From the IMG/VR virus record IMGVR_UViG_3300028897_000348, positions 1 to 61,656 of that record: a stretch of 61,656 nucleotides of DNA. The stretch is one strand, 5' to 3'. The notes beneath the pieces were generated by a model. It was not told where the DNA came from, did not search any database, and saw only the letters and a list, made by a program, of their open reading frames with translations. The stretch's first letter is position 1; each line of letters starts with the position of its first letter. Of this stretch, positions 27,510-37,484 are shown piece after piece. The position numbers and the translations under genes are program-made. The stretch comes from a virus (Duplodnaviria > Caudoviricetes).

Positions 27510-28670
27510 TTATAACCAAATTAAATCATCATAAATACTCTTATCTTCAGTACTTACTCTATTAGGTATTATAGTAGGGGGTCTAGATGTGGGTGGTCTT
27601 CTTCTTGCAGACTGATTATTTATTAATTGTGGGCCCTGACTTTTTTCAGCTATTTGCTCATTTGTTATTAGAGAAACACTTTCATAACCCACCATCTTTT
27701 CTGCAGTAGAATAATGATCTCTAATAGATGGCAACGTATTTTTCATTGCCTGTAAATATGAATACAAAGTTGGTCTGTCTTTGTTTTTGGAACCTACTAA
27801 TATACTATTAAATAAGCTTCCAAAATCTATTCTTACATCAACTATACTAAGCGCTTGGTTAAAAGAAATCTGTTGTTGGTCACCACCTTTTACTACTGTT
27901 ATATTTGTAATCATCGCAGGATTTAGACTATAAATGCCAGGAGCTTCTATTTGTTGGAAAAACGGCCAATTATAAGTATTTCCTTCTGTTGACACTGGAA
28001 GTCCTAAACAAAGAAGAACAGCTAAAGGACCAATTATATATCTGTCAGTAGATTCTTTATTTCCTGGTCTTGGATTATATAGTCTAATAGTCATCGTATA
28101 AGATGGAGTAAACCCACTGTTTCTCCAAAGTTGTGGAAAATCAACTCTAGCACCAGCTAACATAGCACCAATAGTTTTAGCAGCGCCAAATCTTCCTTCA
28201 AGTGCTTTTAAGGCCGATACAGCCGTTTCTCCAGCTTTACCTGCCATCTCAATCATTGAACCTCCTAGTCCTCCCGTACTTTCTGCCATTCCCTTGACAA
28301 GACTAGTCGCCCTCTCTAAACCACCTCTTAAAGATTGAGTCCCAGTAGCTTGCATTACTTCTCTTACACCTTGAGAAGCTACATCTGTAAATTTTTGTAA
28401 AAAAGACTCACCATACTCATTAGTAAAAGAGTCTGTTGGAAAATTATCAGCTAAGAAGGCTACCTTAATTGGCGGATCATAATCATAGCCAACAGAATTT
28501 AAATAACGTTTATATGTCTCGGGAGACCGACGTACACGAAAGACAGTCATTCCTTTTGTAAGACTTGGTGTTGCTGGATATATCTTTGCTATTGGCATAG
28601 ACTCTTCAATTACATGACTACTTACATAGTTACCTGGTGGTAATCCTATAATACCCTCGATTTTTATCAT
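27510..28670 (-). CDS. Putative tail-tube-like baseplate protein (gp48/gp54-like)
   Basis: FPQLWRNSGFTPSYTMTIRLYNP, WPFF, ITNITVVKG and VDVRIDF; follows the tape-measure-like gene. Confidence 0.55.
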   Translation of the reverse strand: MIKIEGIIGLPPGNYVSSHVIEESMPIAKIYPATPSLTKGMTVFRVRRSPETYKRYLNSVGYDYDPPIKVAFLADNFPTDSFTNEYGESFLQKFTDVASQGVREVMQATGTQSLRGGLERATSLVKGMAESTGGLGGSMIEMAGKAGETAVSALKALEGRFGAAKTIGAMLAGARVDFPQLWRNSGFTPSYTMTIRLYNPRPGNKESTDRYIIGPLAVLLCLGLPVSTEGNTYNWPFFQQIEAPGIYSLNPAMITNITVVKGGDQQQISFNQALSIVDVRIDFGSLFNSILVGSKNKDRPTLYSYLQAMKNTLPSIRDHYSTAEKMVGYESVSLITNEQIAEKSQGPQLINNQSARRRPPTSRPPTIIPNRVSTEDKSIYDDLIWL

Positions 28671-28685
28671 CTTACTTTACCTCTA

Positions 28686-31355
28686 TTATTGAGTATTACA
28701 CTCCAATGCTTGTGCCACAAATGGGTCCAATCCACCAGAATATTCACCTTCTAACTGGGGTGTAGTTACATTAGAATTAGTTGAATTTGCTAAACTTAAA
28801 TTAGTTACCATTGCAGTAGTTGCCTTGTTTACTATTGATCCAACTTCTTTTGCGCCTTCTCTAATTTTACTACCTAATTTTTCTACCATTCCCTTAGTAC
28901 CAGCTGCAGCTATTTCTGATTGTCGTCGCACATACTCAGCTGTTCCTACATGTGTTTCTGCTCTACGAGCTTCAGTAATTCCACCATATGTAGATACTTT
29001 AGCTAGTTCGTACTCAGAAAGAGGTTTACCTTTCTTTTTTAAGTACTTCAAAAACGACTCTTCTCGGCTTCGTCCATATTTCTCTGGACTCTCAAAAAGT
29101 GATTTTCCTCGAAAGTGACTCAAAAAACTCTTATTCCACTCTGACCTCAATTGATTTACTTGTTCATGACCATATGTAATATATTCACCTATATGTTCTT
29201 GCATGTATTTATCTTGTTCAGCTTCAATTAAGGGCATAGTTGTTCTACCCCATATTCCAACCTGTTTCGCCCTTTCTTCAGCTGTCATTGCTCCTGCACG
29301 ACCTGCATATATTTTTGTGGCTATCCGTTTCTCTACTCGTTCTTTACCTGGAATTGGTGCCATAGCACCACGACGAGCTTCTTCAACTGCTCGTATTGCC
29401 GCATCTGTCGATTTTTTAGTTCTTTCGTCAAGTGCTTTGTACCACTTATTAACTATTGGATTTATTAAATATTTGTTTATTATTGACCCAACAGCAACAC
29501 CTGCTGCTCCAGCTAAAGCAACGCCCATTATTGGTCCTAAGTGTGGACCAATTGCAGACGCCAATCCTCTACCCATCGTCATGAATCCACCCTTAAGAAA
29601 CATACCAGTAAAAGAAGTTACTTTTGAAATAAACGGACCTATAAAACTCTTAAGCATAGTAAAAGCAAGCATTATATATTTCCAAAATGATCCACCTAAC
29701 TTTCTTAGTCGGCTTCTCATTCCACTAACACCACTACTTACTTCATAAACTCCCTTTCTAGTTTTCTTCATTTCAAGTGCCTGTTCCTTAGCTGTTTCAA
29801 TGGACTTCCTTTCTATCCCAGGAAAAAATCCTCTAAAGAAAGCAAGATGTGCTTCCGTTCTAGTAGAAGCGTCAGCGATAACATCTATAGCAGCCCGTCC
29901 GGGTACTACTTCTTTTTTCTTTCTAAAAAGACCCAAAATACCCTTTCTTTCCCTTGTTAACATTTCTGCTTGTTCTTTCGAAAAAATCATCTGTTTTTCG
30001 CCAAGTTTTTTCACAGCAAACTCAAATGGTATTGCTGCTCCCCTCAACATCTTTCTAGCAATCGTCCATGTTGGTCCTTTTAGTTCTTTTGCTTCACCAG
30101 TTTGAAACTCGAGAAGTTGTTTCACATAAAAGTTTAATTGGTCAAGTTTAAACATTCCTTCTGTAAAGATCAACCCTAGAACACCAATCATTTTCTCATA
30201 CGCATTAGCAGGTCTTGTAGCTCCTCGTAACATACTTAAATACCTACCACGAGCAGCAAAAAGGAATCTAAAAGGAAACGTAAAAGCTTTTGTAAGCTTA
30301 GTAGTTAACATTATTAAAGTTCTAAAAACAGGATGGAGAACTAAAGTTCTTTGCCAGGCTAATCTTAAACGAGATGACATTCCAACTAAACCAATCTTCA
30401 AGTCAAGAGTTGCTCTCAACATCCTATCTTGCCAAGTCTCTTGTTGTAGATTAGTAGCTTTTGTAAAACCAATTATAAAATCACGAACTAAACCTTTTCT
30501 TCGTACATCTTCAGTACCAACGTATTTTTCAAGACGAGCTGAAGTCTTTGAAAGGGAACCAATACCTTTAACTATCATGCTTTCAGTTTCTTCAGCAGGT
30601 TTTACTCGTTCGTCAATACGTTCTAACAAATCATCAATCGGAATAACAGCTTCAGCTGGGTGAACTCTAGCTAAACCACCCTTCTCAATGTATCCACCTC
30701 GTTGCATTGTTGGAATCGCTTCAGTTTCTTCAGTTACTTTTTCCGCTACCTCAGCAACTCCTTTTGGTTTCCTACTAAATAAATCTCGTATCTTACTACC
30801 AACAGTAGTCGTTACAGAAGAAATAGCAGAACCAATTCGAGATTTAATTTTACTTATTGCATTTTTAAAAACGTCAGTCTCCATAAATTTAGCAGCAAAA
30901 TATCCAAAGATCGGAGTAGATCTAGCAAGCGTCATTGCAATAACACTTTGTTTATTTATGCTAATATCTTCGCTTATAGCTTTTCCATATTGAGAAACTG
31001 CGTCCTTTGTCGCTCTAGCAGTAGCAACTGTAATATCTTTCATTCCAGTTGCTAATCGTTGGACTGTTAATCCAAGTTTATCTAATATTCCCGTTACTGC
31101 TGGAACCATCGATTCAATTTCTGTTGACGGAGATTCTTTTATCTCTTTTAAAATGTCGTCAGTTTCTTTCTGTTTTACCATTACAGAACTGACTTGCGAA
31201 CTTATTTTCTTAGTTGCCTCTTGTGCATCTTTGTTCATTCTATTCATTTTGTCGGCAAGACCACTAATTCTTTTTACTCGATCAGTGGTTTCCATATCTG
31301 CTTCTTCAACAAGTGCTTTTGTTTTTGGTGGTATATCTGGTGGTTTTGCAGCCAT
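28686..31355 (-). CDS. Tape-measure-like tail protein
   Basis: Long Ala/Lys-rich helical protein, MQRGGYIEKGGLARVHPAEAVIP motif, and a hydrophobic Gly/Ala segment. Confidence 0.6.
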   Translation of the reverse strand: MAAKPPDIPPKTKALVEEADMETTDRVKRISGLADKMNRMNKDAQEATKKISSQVSSVMVKQKETDDILKEIKESPSTEIESMVPAVTGILDKLGLTVQRLATGMKDITVATARATKDAVSQYGKAISEDISINKQSVIAMTLARSTPIFGYFAAKFMETDVFKNAISKIKSRIGSAISSVTTTVGSKIRDLFSRKPKGVAEVAEKVTEETEAIPTMQRGGYIEKGGLARVHPAEAVIPIDDLLERIDERVKPAEETESMIVKGIGSLSKTSARLEKYVGTEDVRRKGLVRDFIIGFTKATNLQQETWQDRMLRATLDLKIGLVGMSSRLRLAWQRTLVLHPVFRTLIMLTTKLTKAFTFPFRFLFAARGRYLSMLRGATRPANAYEKMIGVLGLIFTEGMFKLDQLNFYVKQLLEFQTGEAKELKGPTWTIARKMLRGAAIPFEFAVKKLGEKQMIFSKEQAEMLTRERKGILGLFRKKKEVVPGRAAIDVIADASTRTEAHLAFFRGFFPGIERKSIETAKEQALEMKKTRKGVYEVSSGVSGMRSRLRKLGGSFWKYIMLAFTMLKSFIGPFISKVTSFTGMFLKGGFMTMGRGLASAIGPHLGPIMGVALAGAAGVAVGSIINKYLINPIVNKWYKALDERTKKSTDAAIRAVEEARRGAMAPIPGKERVEKRIATKIYAGRAGAMTAEERAKQVGIWGRTTMPLIEAEQDKYMQEHIGEYITYGHEQVNQLRSEWNKSFLSHFRGKSLFESPEKYGRSREESFLKYLKKKGKPLSEYELAKVSTYGGITEARRAETHVGTAEYVRRQSEIAAAGTKGMVEKLGSKIREGAKEVGSIVNKATTAMVTNLSLANSTNSNVTTPQLEGEYSGGLDPFVAQALECNTQ

Positions 31356-31376
31356 CTAATCTCTATCTCCTTACTA

Positions 31377-32297
31377 TTATATTTGTTTAATCGTTTTCGT
31401 CACTTTAGCTCTAAGTCCATGTTCAGAACATATACAAATTACTTCAGAGGGATAAATCAATTCTTGAATACAAAAAACATTTAAGTTCTTAAAACCAAAA
31501 GTCCTTTTATAGGCAACATATATTGGTCCTATAATGCTTTCAAACTTCTTTGCTATTGAGTAAAAAACATCAAAGTTACGTAGAAATAATTTAACAGTAA
31601 CTATATACTCTCTAATTTTTTTATCAAATGTTTCTCCATCTAAAGTTGTAACTTTAGAAAAAGTAGAACTGAGTAGACTATAGTATCTAACTAAGTCACT
31701 ATTTGTAATCTCACCTCTTTTTAATTCTAACTTTCTAAAGACAAAACGAATTAAATCTTGGATTTCCGAATCGTTTATTTTACCTTCATCTAAACTAAAA
31801 ATAGTTTTCCATAGGTTTTTATAAAAAACAACCAATTCATCTTTAAATAAATTAAAGAAAGACATTGGACTCCTACTTGCTGACATATGTATGAGTTCAT
31901 GAACTGTAACAGCAGCTATGTAATTGTTAGATACATGAGCAAAAAAGTTTACGTTATTGTCTATAAGAACATATATTTTCTTAGTTTTTATAGGTTCAAA
32001 AAATGCTACAGTTGCCCTCCCAGACCTAGGAGTAAAAAATTTTCTAGCAACAAATCCTAATATCGTTTTTGATAAAAAACATGGGATAACTTCTTTCTTT
32101 TCAACAAGTGATTGAATTTTATCTACTACTGGTTTAGTTCTACTAGATTTTGTAAGTGCTTTAATGAAACTTCGATTCAAGTTATCAGAACCAAATAACT
32201 CAATTCCATCGAGGATAGCAACTACTCGTAAACCAGTGGGAATAACAAAAACTTCATCTACATTTACTTGTAAACTATTTCTTTGGTCGTATGTCAT
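31377..32297 (-). CDS. HExxH-motif protein (putative zincin metallopeptidase)
   Basis: VTVHELIHM and downstream QELIYPSE. Confidence 0.55.
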   Translation of the reverse strand: MTYDQRNSLQVNVDEVFVIPTGLRVVAILDGIELFGSDNLNRSFIKALTKSSRTKPVVDKIQSLVEKKEVIPCFLSKTILGFVARKFFTPRSGRATVAFFEPIKTKKIYVLIDNNVNFFAHVSNNYIAAVTVHELIHMSASRSPMSFFNLFKDELVVFYKNLWKTIFSLDEGKINDSEIQDLIRFVFRKLELKRGEITNSDLVRYYSLLSSTFSKVTTLDGETFDKKIREYIVTVKLFLRNFDVFYSIAKKFESIIGPIYVAYKRTFGFKNLNVFCIQELIYPSEVICICSEHGLRAKVTKTIKQI

Positions 32298-33957
32298 CTA
32301 CATTCCCTCGATTATACATAGAAAGAATATCAATAAATCCTCCCATTTCATCAATGTTATCTTTAACAACTCTCATAACTGAACGATTCGAAACTTCCGT
32401 ATCACCAACATTAAAATCAAGTATTTCGTTTAAATCACCTAGTTGTACTTTTGTAGTACTTTGAATCATTAGAGGAGGATCCCATTTTCGAACATAAAAA
32501 GCAGCAGAAGTAGCAATCACTAAGTCATCATAAGTATCAGTGTCAGCTTCTACTCGTCCACTAGTTTTTGAAACTAAACTAATTAGTTCTAAAACTAATC
32601 GTTTTGACTTAACAGATCCAGGAAATTCTGTAATGTATGAATATAAAGCGTCAATCATTAGAGGTCTTGTTTTTGAGTTAGTAGATAAACCTGGAACCAT
32701 TTTTCCTAAACCTCTTGTTTCTTTGTATAACATCATAGAAAATTCAGAAGCATTTAGTTCTTCTACTACTTGATTTCCATATGAATTAGACTCAATAACC
32801 AAACAACCAGGATATAAAGCGCAAGCAAGTTTAACTACTTTTACAAAATCGAGAACTCTACATTTTCCTTGATATTCCCAAACTTGGTCTAAAGTCTCAT
32901 AATCCCAAATTGTTATTGCTGACTTATCGATACCATGTTCAGGAGCAGTATCTACTCCTATCAAATAAAACTTTTCACGACCAACGTCACGACTAGGTTC
33001 TACAAACTTCCAAATTTCACCATTGTACATTTTTACTTTTTCAATTGGTTCTGTATCTATTTCTTGGAGTTTTTCAACAGTATCACTATCAAAGAATGAT
33101 CCAGTAGTGGGTAAGAACTTCAATTCTAATTCTTGTTGTATCTTTCTAGAGTCATTACCAAATAATCTACACTGGTTTCTGTACCAATTTGGATCATTAG
33201 CTAACTGTGGTATTTGTTTCCAATGTATCTTAAAAGGATGAAATATTTCGTCTCCAGTTATTGCTTTTGAGTAATTATCAAAAAACCATTTTCCAACTCC
33301 ATGAGTTTTATTAGGAGTCGATAATAATACAGTACCAAAAGGAATATTATTTTTCTTAGCCATCATCTGATTTGTAGAAAGAGCTGGAACCATAGCAGTC
33401 CAAGCAACATCAATAAACTTAATAAATGCACCTTCATCAATAACTAAAAGCGTTATTGCTTTACCTCTAAGAGTTTTCTCTGGTGCTGTTGGAGCCACTG
33501 GTGAGGCATAAACTTTACTTCCATTTGTCAAAATAAACGACTGTTCTGTTCTTTTTGAGAATCCTCTTCCTACAATTCCCTTTGGTGGTTTCATCCAGTC
33601 TGGAACTTTCTCAATCATTCCTCTTATGCTTCTAGCAAAATCAGTAGCTTCTTTTCCATCTTTTGAAATAATTCCAACTACCACATTGTCATAAAACAAA
33701 GCTAACCAAGCAGCATAAGCCTGAATTACAGTAGAAATTCCTATCTGTCTACTTTTCAGAACCAAAACATATTTTTCAGAATTTATAAGGTCAACTAGTT
33801 CTAACTGTTTCTGGTATGGTGTCATTAAAACGTCACCACCTGGAAGTTCTAAATAAACGTAGTTCTTACAAAAGTACTCAAAGTTACTCTTACACCTAAT
33901 ATAGTCAGAAACTTTACTTTCTGCGTCTTGTTTGGTTCTCTCTATAGTTACGTTCAT
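32275..33957 (-). CDS. terL: Terminase large subunit
   Basis: YQ motif, KSRQIGIS Walker A, LVIDEGAF Walker B, STPN, IGVDTA nuclease motif, ESNSYG and DDLVIA. Confidence 0.95.
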   Translation of the reverse strand: MNVTIERTKQDAESKVSDYIRCKSNFEYFCKNYVYLELPGGDVLMTPYQKQLELVDLINSEKYVLVLKSRQIGISTVIQAYAAWLALFYDNVVVGIISKDGKEATDFARSIRGMIEKVPDWMKPPKGIVGRGFSKRTEQSFILTNGSKVYASPVAPTAPEKTLRGKAITLLVIDEGAFIKFIDVAWTAMVPALSTNQMMAKKNNIPFGTVLLSTPNKTHGVGKWFFDNYSKAITGDEIFHPFKIHWKQIPQLANDPNWYRNQCRLFGNDSRKIQQELELKFLPTTGSFFDSDTVEKLQEIDTEPIEKVKMYNGEIWKFVEPSRDVGREKFYLIGVDTAPEHGIDKSAITIWDYETLDQVWEYQGKCRVLDFVKVVKLACALYPGCLVIESNSYGNQVVEELNASEFSMMLYKETRGLGKMVPGLSTNSKTRPLMIDALYSYITEFPGSVKSKRLVLELISLVSKTSGRVEADTDTYDDLVIATSAAFYVRKWDPPLMIQSTTKVQLGDLNEILDFNVGDTEVSNRSVMRVVKDNIDEMGGFIDILSMYNRGNVDDIRPKK

Positions 33958-33984
33958 TTTTTCTAACCAAAAAATCTTCCTTTA

Positions 33985-34000
33985 TTTATATTTTGTTCTA
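33985..34000 (-). promoter_or_regulatory. Putative late-type promoter motif (TAGAACAAAATATAAA on minus strand)
   Basis: Exact reverse complement of the 17963-17978 copy, upstream of terminase. Confidence 0.65.
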
Positions 34001-34033
34001 CTATTTAAACGTATTCCTGTTTATCTAAGAATT

Positions 34034-34050
34034 CTATATATATAAATAAG
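34034..34050 (+). promoter_or_regulatory. Putative early-type promoter motif (CTATATATATAAATAAG)
   Basis: TATA-type motif divergent from the terminase GAACA motif. Confidence 0.5.
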
Positions 34051-34107
34051 TAGAATATAAGGTAAGGTTGTTTTTAACTATCAAAACCTCTAAATGGAGT
34101 TCTTAAA

Positions 34108-34158
34108 ATGGTAAAGTTTTCGGTCGTTTTTGTGTTTCAATTCTTGATAGGAAGGTAG
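34108..34158 (+). CDS. Possible 16-aa hydrophobic peptide MVKFSVVFVFQFLIGR
   Basis: GGAG RBS; flanked by a promoter-like motif and a hairpin. Confidence 0.3.
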   Translation: MVKFSVVFVFQFLIGR

Positions 34159-34194
34159 TCTTTAAACCTTACAAAATTATAGTTTTTGGTTTAG

Positions 34195-34228
34195 TTTTTC
34201 CATTAGTCACCTAGTGTGACTGGAAAAA
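34195..34228. terminator. Hairpin terminator
   Basis: TTTTTCC...AGTCAC / GTGACT-GGAAAAA stem with a bulge. Confidence 0.55.
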
Positions 34229-34245
34229 CTTTTTTGTATAAATGT

Positions 34246-35511
34246 CTATATTTTTTTGTTCGTTCTGATTAAATTGACTATAGCTACAGATTGCCATTCT
34301 CCAGACTTAGTAAATCTTAATTCACTTGACCACAAAATATACTTACCTGATAAACTAACATAATCCATTATCTGAGTATTGAATTTAACTGACTCTCCAA
34401 CATTCATCAAATTTAAAATCGGTAAGTTTCTTTCCAAACTAAAACTAACAGTTGCTAAATTTGATACCATCCTTGCGATTCGAGAGGTAAACTGAGTCGA
34501 TGAATCTTCATAACCAGTATCATCATTATAATATCGAACTCTAGTTTCTTTAGAAATATCTGAATCTACTGAAATGTCTTTATTCTTATAAATTAATCCG
34601 TAATTAGCACAAATTGTTTGTAAATCTGATTCAAGTGTATAAAATAATTTATCAGAGGGTTTAGTAATATACCTAAGCGTTGGCGCAATAGTTGCAAACT
34701 TCGCGTTACCAGAAAAGTTATTATCTATTGCTGTATATGTATAAAAGTTCTTACCATCAATACTTTTTTCAATTATGTCTTCGTTTTTTGATGAAGAACT
34801 AAGCTGATACATTGTAAATGTTTGATTCTTATTAAATTTTGAAGAAAGATTTTTTATATAAACCTTATTGTCATATTGACAAAAAACTCCTGGAACACCA
34901 TCAAATAAACCAAAACGACTATCTAAATACCCATCAAACTCATCAGGGTTTGCTTTTGATTCTTCTTTTATAATTTTATAAAAAGTAGTTGGTGGGATAC
35001 AAACTTGGTCAATTACTTCTTTATTTTCACCATCAGAATCATATTCAACATATGCTCCAACTTTACTTGCTAAATCTTCTATAATATGTCTCATAGTAGC
35101 CCCAATATATACTTCATTAACAAGAGTATTCATAGTTTTAAATGGTTTTCTACAAACAGTAGTAATAAGAAGCGGGGTCCTTTCTTTTTGCTCAGCAGGC
35201 GCAGTATCTGATTTCTCAATAATTTTAGAGTCTGATTTAAGATATATTAACTCAAGATCAACTTCTTCCATTGGTGGAACCTCTAATTGACCAATGTACC
35301 TAATGTTTAACTTTATTGGATCAGATCCAAAGAGATCTTGTAGAATAAAATCACTAGGATCAGATAACAATCTCAGTAAAACAATTTGATAAGCAGAAGT
35401 TAATGACGAAACGACTCTGACTCCAAGAAGGTCGTTTGTAAAGTCTATATCTTTAATTGTCATCTGAATATCATAACTTCTACCCGGAATTACATATCTT
35501 TCAGTAGGCAT
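34246..35511 (-). CDS. Probable baseplate hub / tail protein
   Basis: Size and C-terminal VGESVKF...LSGKYILWS pattern resemble gp27/GpD-type hub proteins; preceded by a GAACA motif. Confidence 0.5.
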   Translation of the reverse strand: MPTERYVIPGRSYDIQMTIKDIDFTNDLLGVRVVSSLTSAYQIVLLRLLSDPSDFILQDLFGSDPIKLNIRYIGQLEVPPMEEVDLELIYLKSDSKIIEKSDTAPAEQKERTPLLITTVCRKPFKTMNTLVNEVYIGATMRHIIEDLASKVGAYVEYDSDGENKEVIDQVCIPPTTFYKIIKEESKANPDEFDGYLDSRFGLFDGVPGVFCQYDNKVYIKNLSSKFNKNQTFTMYQLSSSSKNEDIIEKSIDGKNFYTYTAIDNNFSGNAKFATIAPTLRYITKPSDKLFYTLESDLQTICANYGLIYKNKDISVDSDISKETRVRYYNDDTGYEDSSTQFTSRIARMVSNLATVSFSLERNLPILNLMNVGESVKFNTQIMDYVSLSGKYILWSSELRFTKSGEWQSVAIVNLIRTNKKI

Positions 35512-35523
35512 AAACTTCTCCTT

Positions 35524-35539
35524 TTTTATATTTGTTCAA
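35524..35539 (-). promoter_or_regulatory. Putative late-type promoter motif (TTGAACAAATATAAAA on minus strand)
   Basis: GAACA motif variant just upstream of the 35511 start. Confidence 0.5.
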
Positions 35540-35578
35540 AATAGTTATATTATTAGAACCTAGAGAACTTAAACGTAC

Positions 35579-35610
35579 AAAAAAAGAAGGAAATATCATC
35601 CTTCTTTTTT
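35579..35610. terminator. Intrinsic terminator
   Basis: AAAAAAAGAAGGA / TCCTTCTTTTTT. Confidence 0.75.
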
Positions 35611-35615
35611 AAAAG

Positions 35616-36524
35616 TTACACAAGAGATATCATCTGGTTTGGAACTATTAGTACCCGCTCAGCTATGTTTTCTAACAAAACTTTAGCATTCAAGTTTTTC
35701 TCACGACTACTAAACCTTGTAATTGCTAGGAACATATTCCAACTAGACGTAGTAGCTGAACTACCAGACAATTCTTCTAATATTGATGAGATACCTTCTC
35801 TTCTTCTTTTTCCAATTTCTTCAACGAGATCCAAAACTCGTAGTACATCATCTTCAGATAATGAATTATTGAAGTTATCTTCAACAAGTGATACTATATT
35901 CTGCGAAAAGGTAGATACATAAACTCCAACGGCTGTACTAATAAAAGTTTTAGAACTGTCTACATGCACTTGAAATATCGTTCCCAATTTCGTACGGAAC
36001 CCGAAACCTACCCATCTAGTAGATAAACCATCAACCTCAGACATAGAAAGACCAAACTCAATAGTAGCTCTCCTAGTTCCATTGTAACTATTTCTAACTA
36101 TTAAGGTTGGAAATATATCTCCAACTCTCGGAACATTCGAAGGATGTTGTATAGTAATCATATTATACATTTGTGTAAAGTTAGATGAAAATACTGGGAG
36201 TTCGACCAAAATCGGATTTCCTGTTTCAGCAACCGAATCTCTTATTTGTTGATTAAGCGTGTCGTTACCGATAAATTTATATAAATCAGAAAGTATCGCA
36301 ACTAACTTAAAATGTACATCTCTTCGTTTTCTTGTAAATAATGCAAGATAGGGTACTCTAAAGTTGTTCAAATCGTTTAAAAAAGATAATTCTTCACTAA
36401 AGTTAGAACTAGACATTGTAGTTAAAATTCTATAGACAACTTCTCCATACCTATCTATGTAGTAAAAACAACCACCTCCAAGATTACTTAAACCCATAAC
36501 CTGTGCTCGTTCTTCAAAGCTCAT
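35616..36524 (-). CDS. DUF932-like protein
   Basis: LSDLYKFIGN and LIVRNSYNGT resemble DUF932 motifs. Confidence 0.5.
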   Translation of the reverse strand: MSFEERAQVMGLSNLGGGCFYYIDRYGEVVYRILTTMSSSNFSEELSFLNDLNNFRVPYLALFTRKRRDVHFKLVAILSDLYKFIGNDTLNQQIRDSVAETGNPILVELPVFSSNFTQMYNMITIQHPSNVPRVGDIFPTLIVRNSYNGTRRATIEFGLSMSEVDGLSTRWVGFGFRTKLGTIFQVHVDSSKTFISTAVGVYVSTFSQNIVSLVEDNFNNSLSEDDVLRVLDLVEEIGKRRREGISSILEELSGSSATTSSWNMFLAITRFSSREKNLNAKVLLENIAERVLIVPNQMISLV

Positions 36525-36855
36525 TCGCCAACCTCTTTTTTATTTCCCTTACAAACTTTCTATGATTCTTCTTAGAAGTCCTCATATTATGAAAAGTTAA
36601 AACTTCTTGGACCACCCTTTTTAAATCATCTTTAAAAACTTTTTCAAACATATTAGAGTTACTGTTAAAATAAATTCTTGAAAGTAAATTAATACAAAAA
36701 TCTAATATTTCATCGTTTTTGTTCTTACTATATGTATAAGATTTATATCTATCTTTTACTACTAAAACTTCTCGATCTTTTATAAGTATCACTATATCGC
36801 TTTTTAGAACTTTGTCATGAAAATAATAAGATGCAGACCCTATCAATTCTTCCAT
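36514..36855 (-). CDS. Hypothetical protein
   Basis: 113-aa ORF in operon. Confidence 0.65.
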   Translation of the reverse strand: MEELIGSASYYFHDKVLKSDIVILIKDREVLVVKDRYKSYTYSKNKNDEILDFCINLLSRIYFNSNSNMFEKVFKDDLKRVVQEVLTFHNMRTSKKNHRKFVREIKKRLANEL

Positions 36856-36858
36856 AAT

Positions 36859-37470
36859 TTATTTCACCTTTTTAGCAATAAAATGGATATAGATGTCCCT
36901 ACCTTCAAATTCAAATCTCTCCTGTATAAGTTTTATTTCAAATCTTCCTTCTAATTGAAAGAAATATCGAATTCGTTTTAGAGTCCAAATACTAGCATGT
37001 GGATCATAAGGTTCGTTTAAAAGTTCAGTTGTAGTTAAGATATTTTGTGATTCAAAATCTGGAACAAACGGATCTTCAGTAAGAATTCGTCTTGCTAGAG
37101 TTTCATAGTTCGGAACTATTACGTCAACAATTCCTCCAACTTTTAAACAAGTAGAAAGTGAGTATATAAAAAACGGAACGTTAGTCATCTGAACATGTTC
37201 TAGAAATCTCCAAACAACAATAACATCAAACTCTATCAAACAAGAAGGAAGAAACTTTTCCCACGAGTCATTACAATAAAGAACTTTTTTTGGTTCTTTA
37301 AAAATATTCCAGTCTCGAAATTCAGAATCTATCTGGTCCGATTCCAAAACAAAATGTTGTTTATACATAGGGTCTAAGTTTACTAAAAAGAATATGTCAT
37401 AATCCTCTAACCATGTTGGAGTTACTTTTCCAGCAGCTATATTCAAAATTACAGTCTTTATATTACTCAT
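36859..37470 (-). CDS. Class I SAM-dependent methyltransferase
   Basis: LNIAAG, VNLD, FDVIVVWRFLEH and LKVGGIVDVIVPN. Confidence 0.75.
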   Translation of the reverse strand: MSNIKTVILNIAAGKVTPTWLEDYDIFFLVNLDPMYKQHFVLESDQIDSEFRDWNIFKEPKKVLYCNDSWEKFLPSCLIEFDVIVVWRFLEHVQMTNVPFFIYSLSTCLKVGGIVDVIVPNYETLARRILTEDPFVPDFESQNILTTTELLNEPYDPHASIWTLKRIRYFFQLEGRFEIKLIQERFEFEGRDIYIHFIAKKVK

Positions 37471-37484
37471 TCCTAAAAAGTCTC

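Noticed and set aside
28825-31484. Plus-strand ORFs inside the tape-measure-like gene, and the many other antisense or alternate-frame ORFs in the track (e.g. 2503..2715, 5813..6211, 12175..12459, 20166..20636, 60073..60454)
   Set aside because: They lie within or opposite well-supported genes, lack motifs, and look like shadow ORFs.
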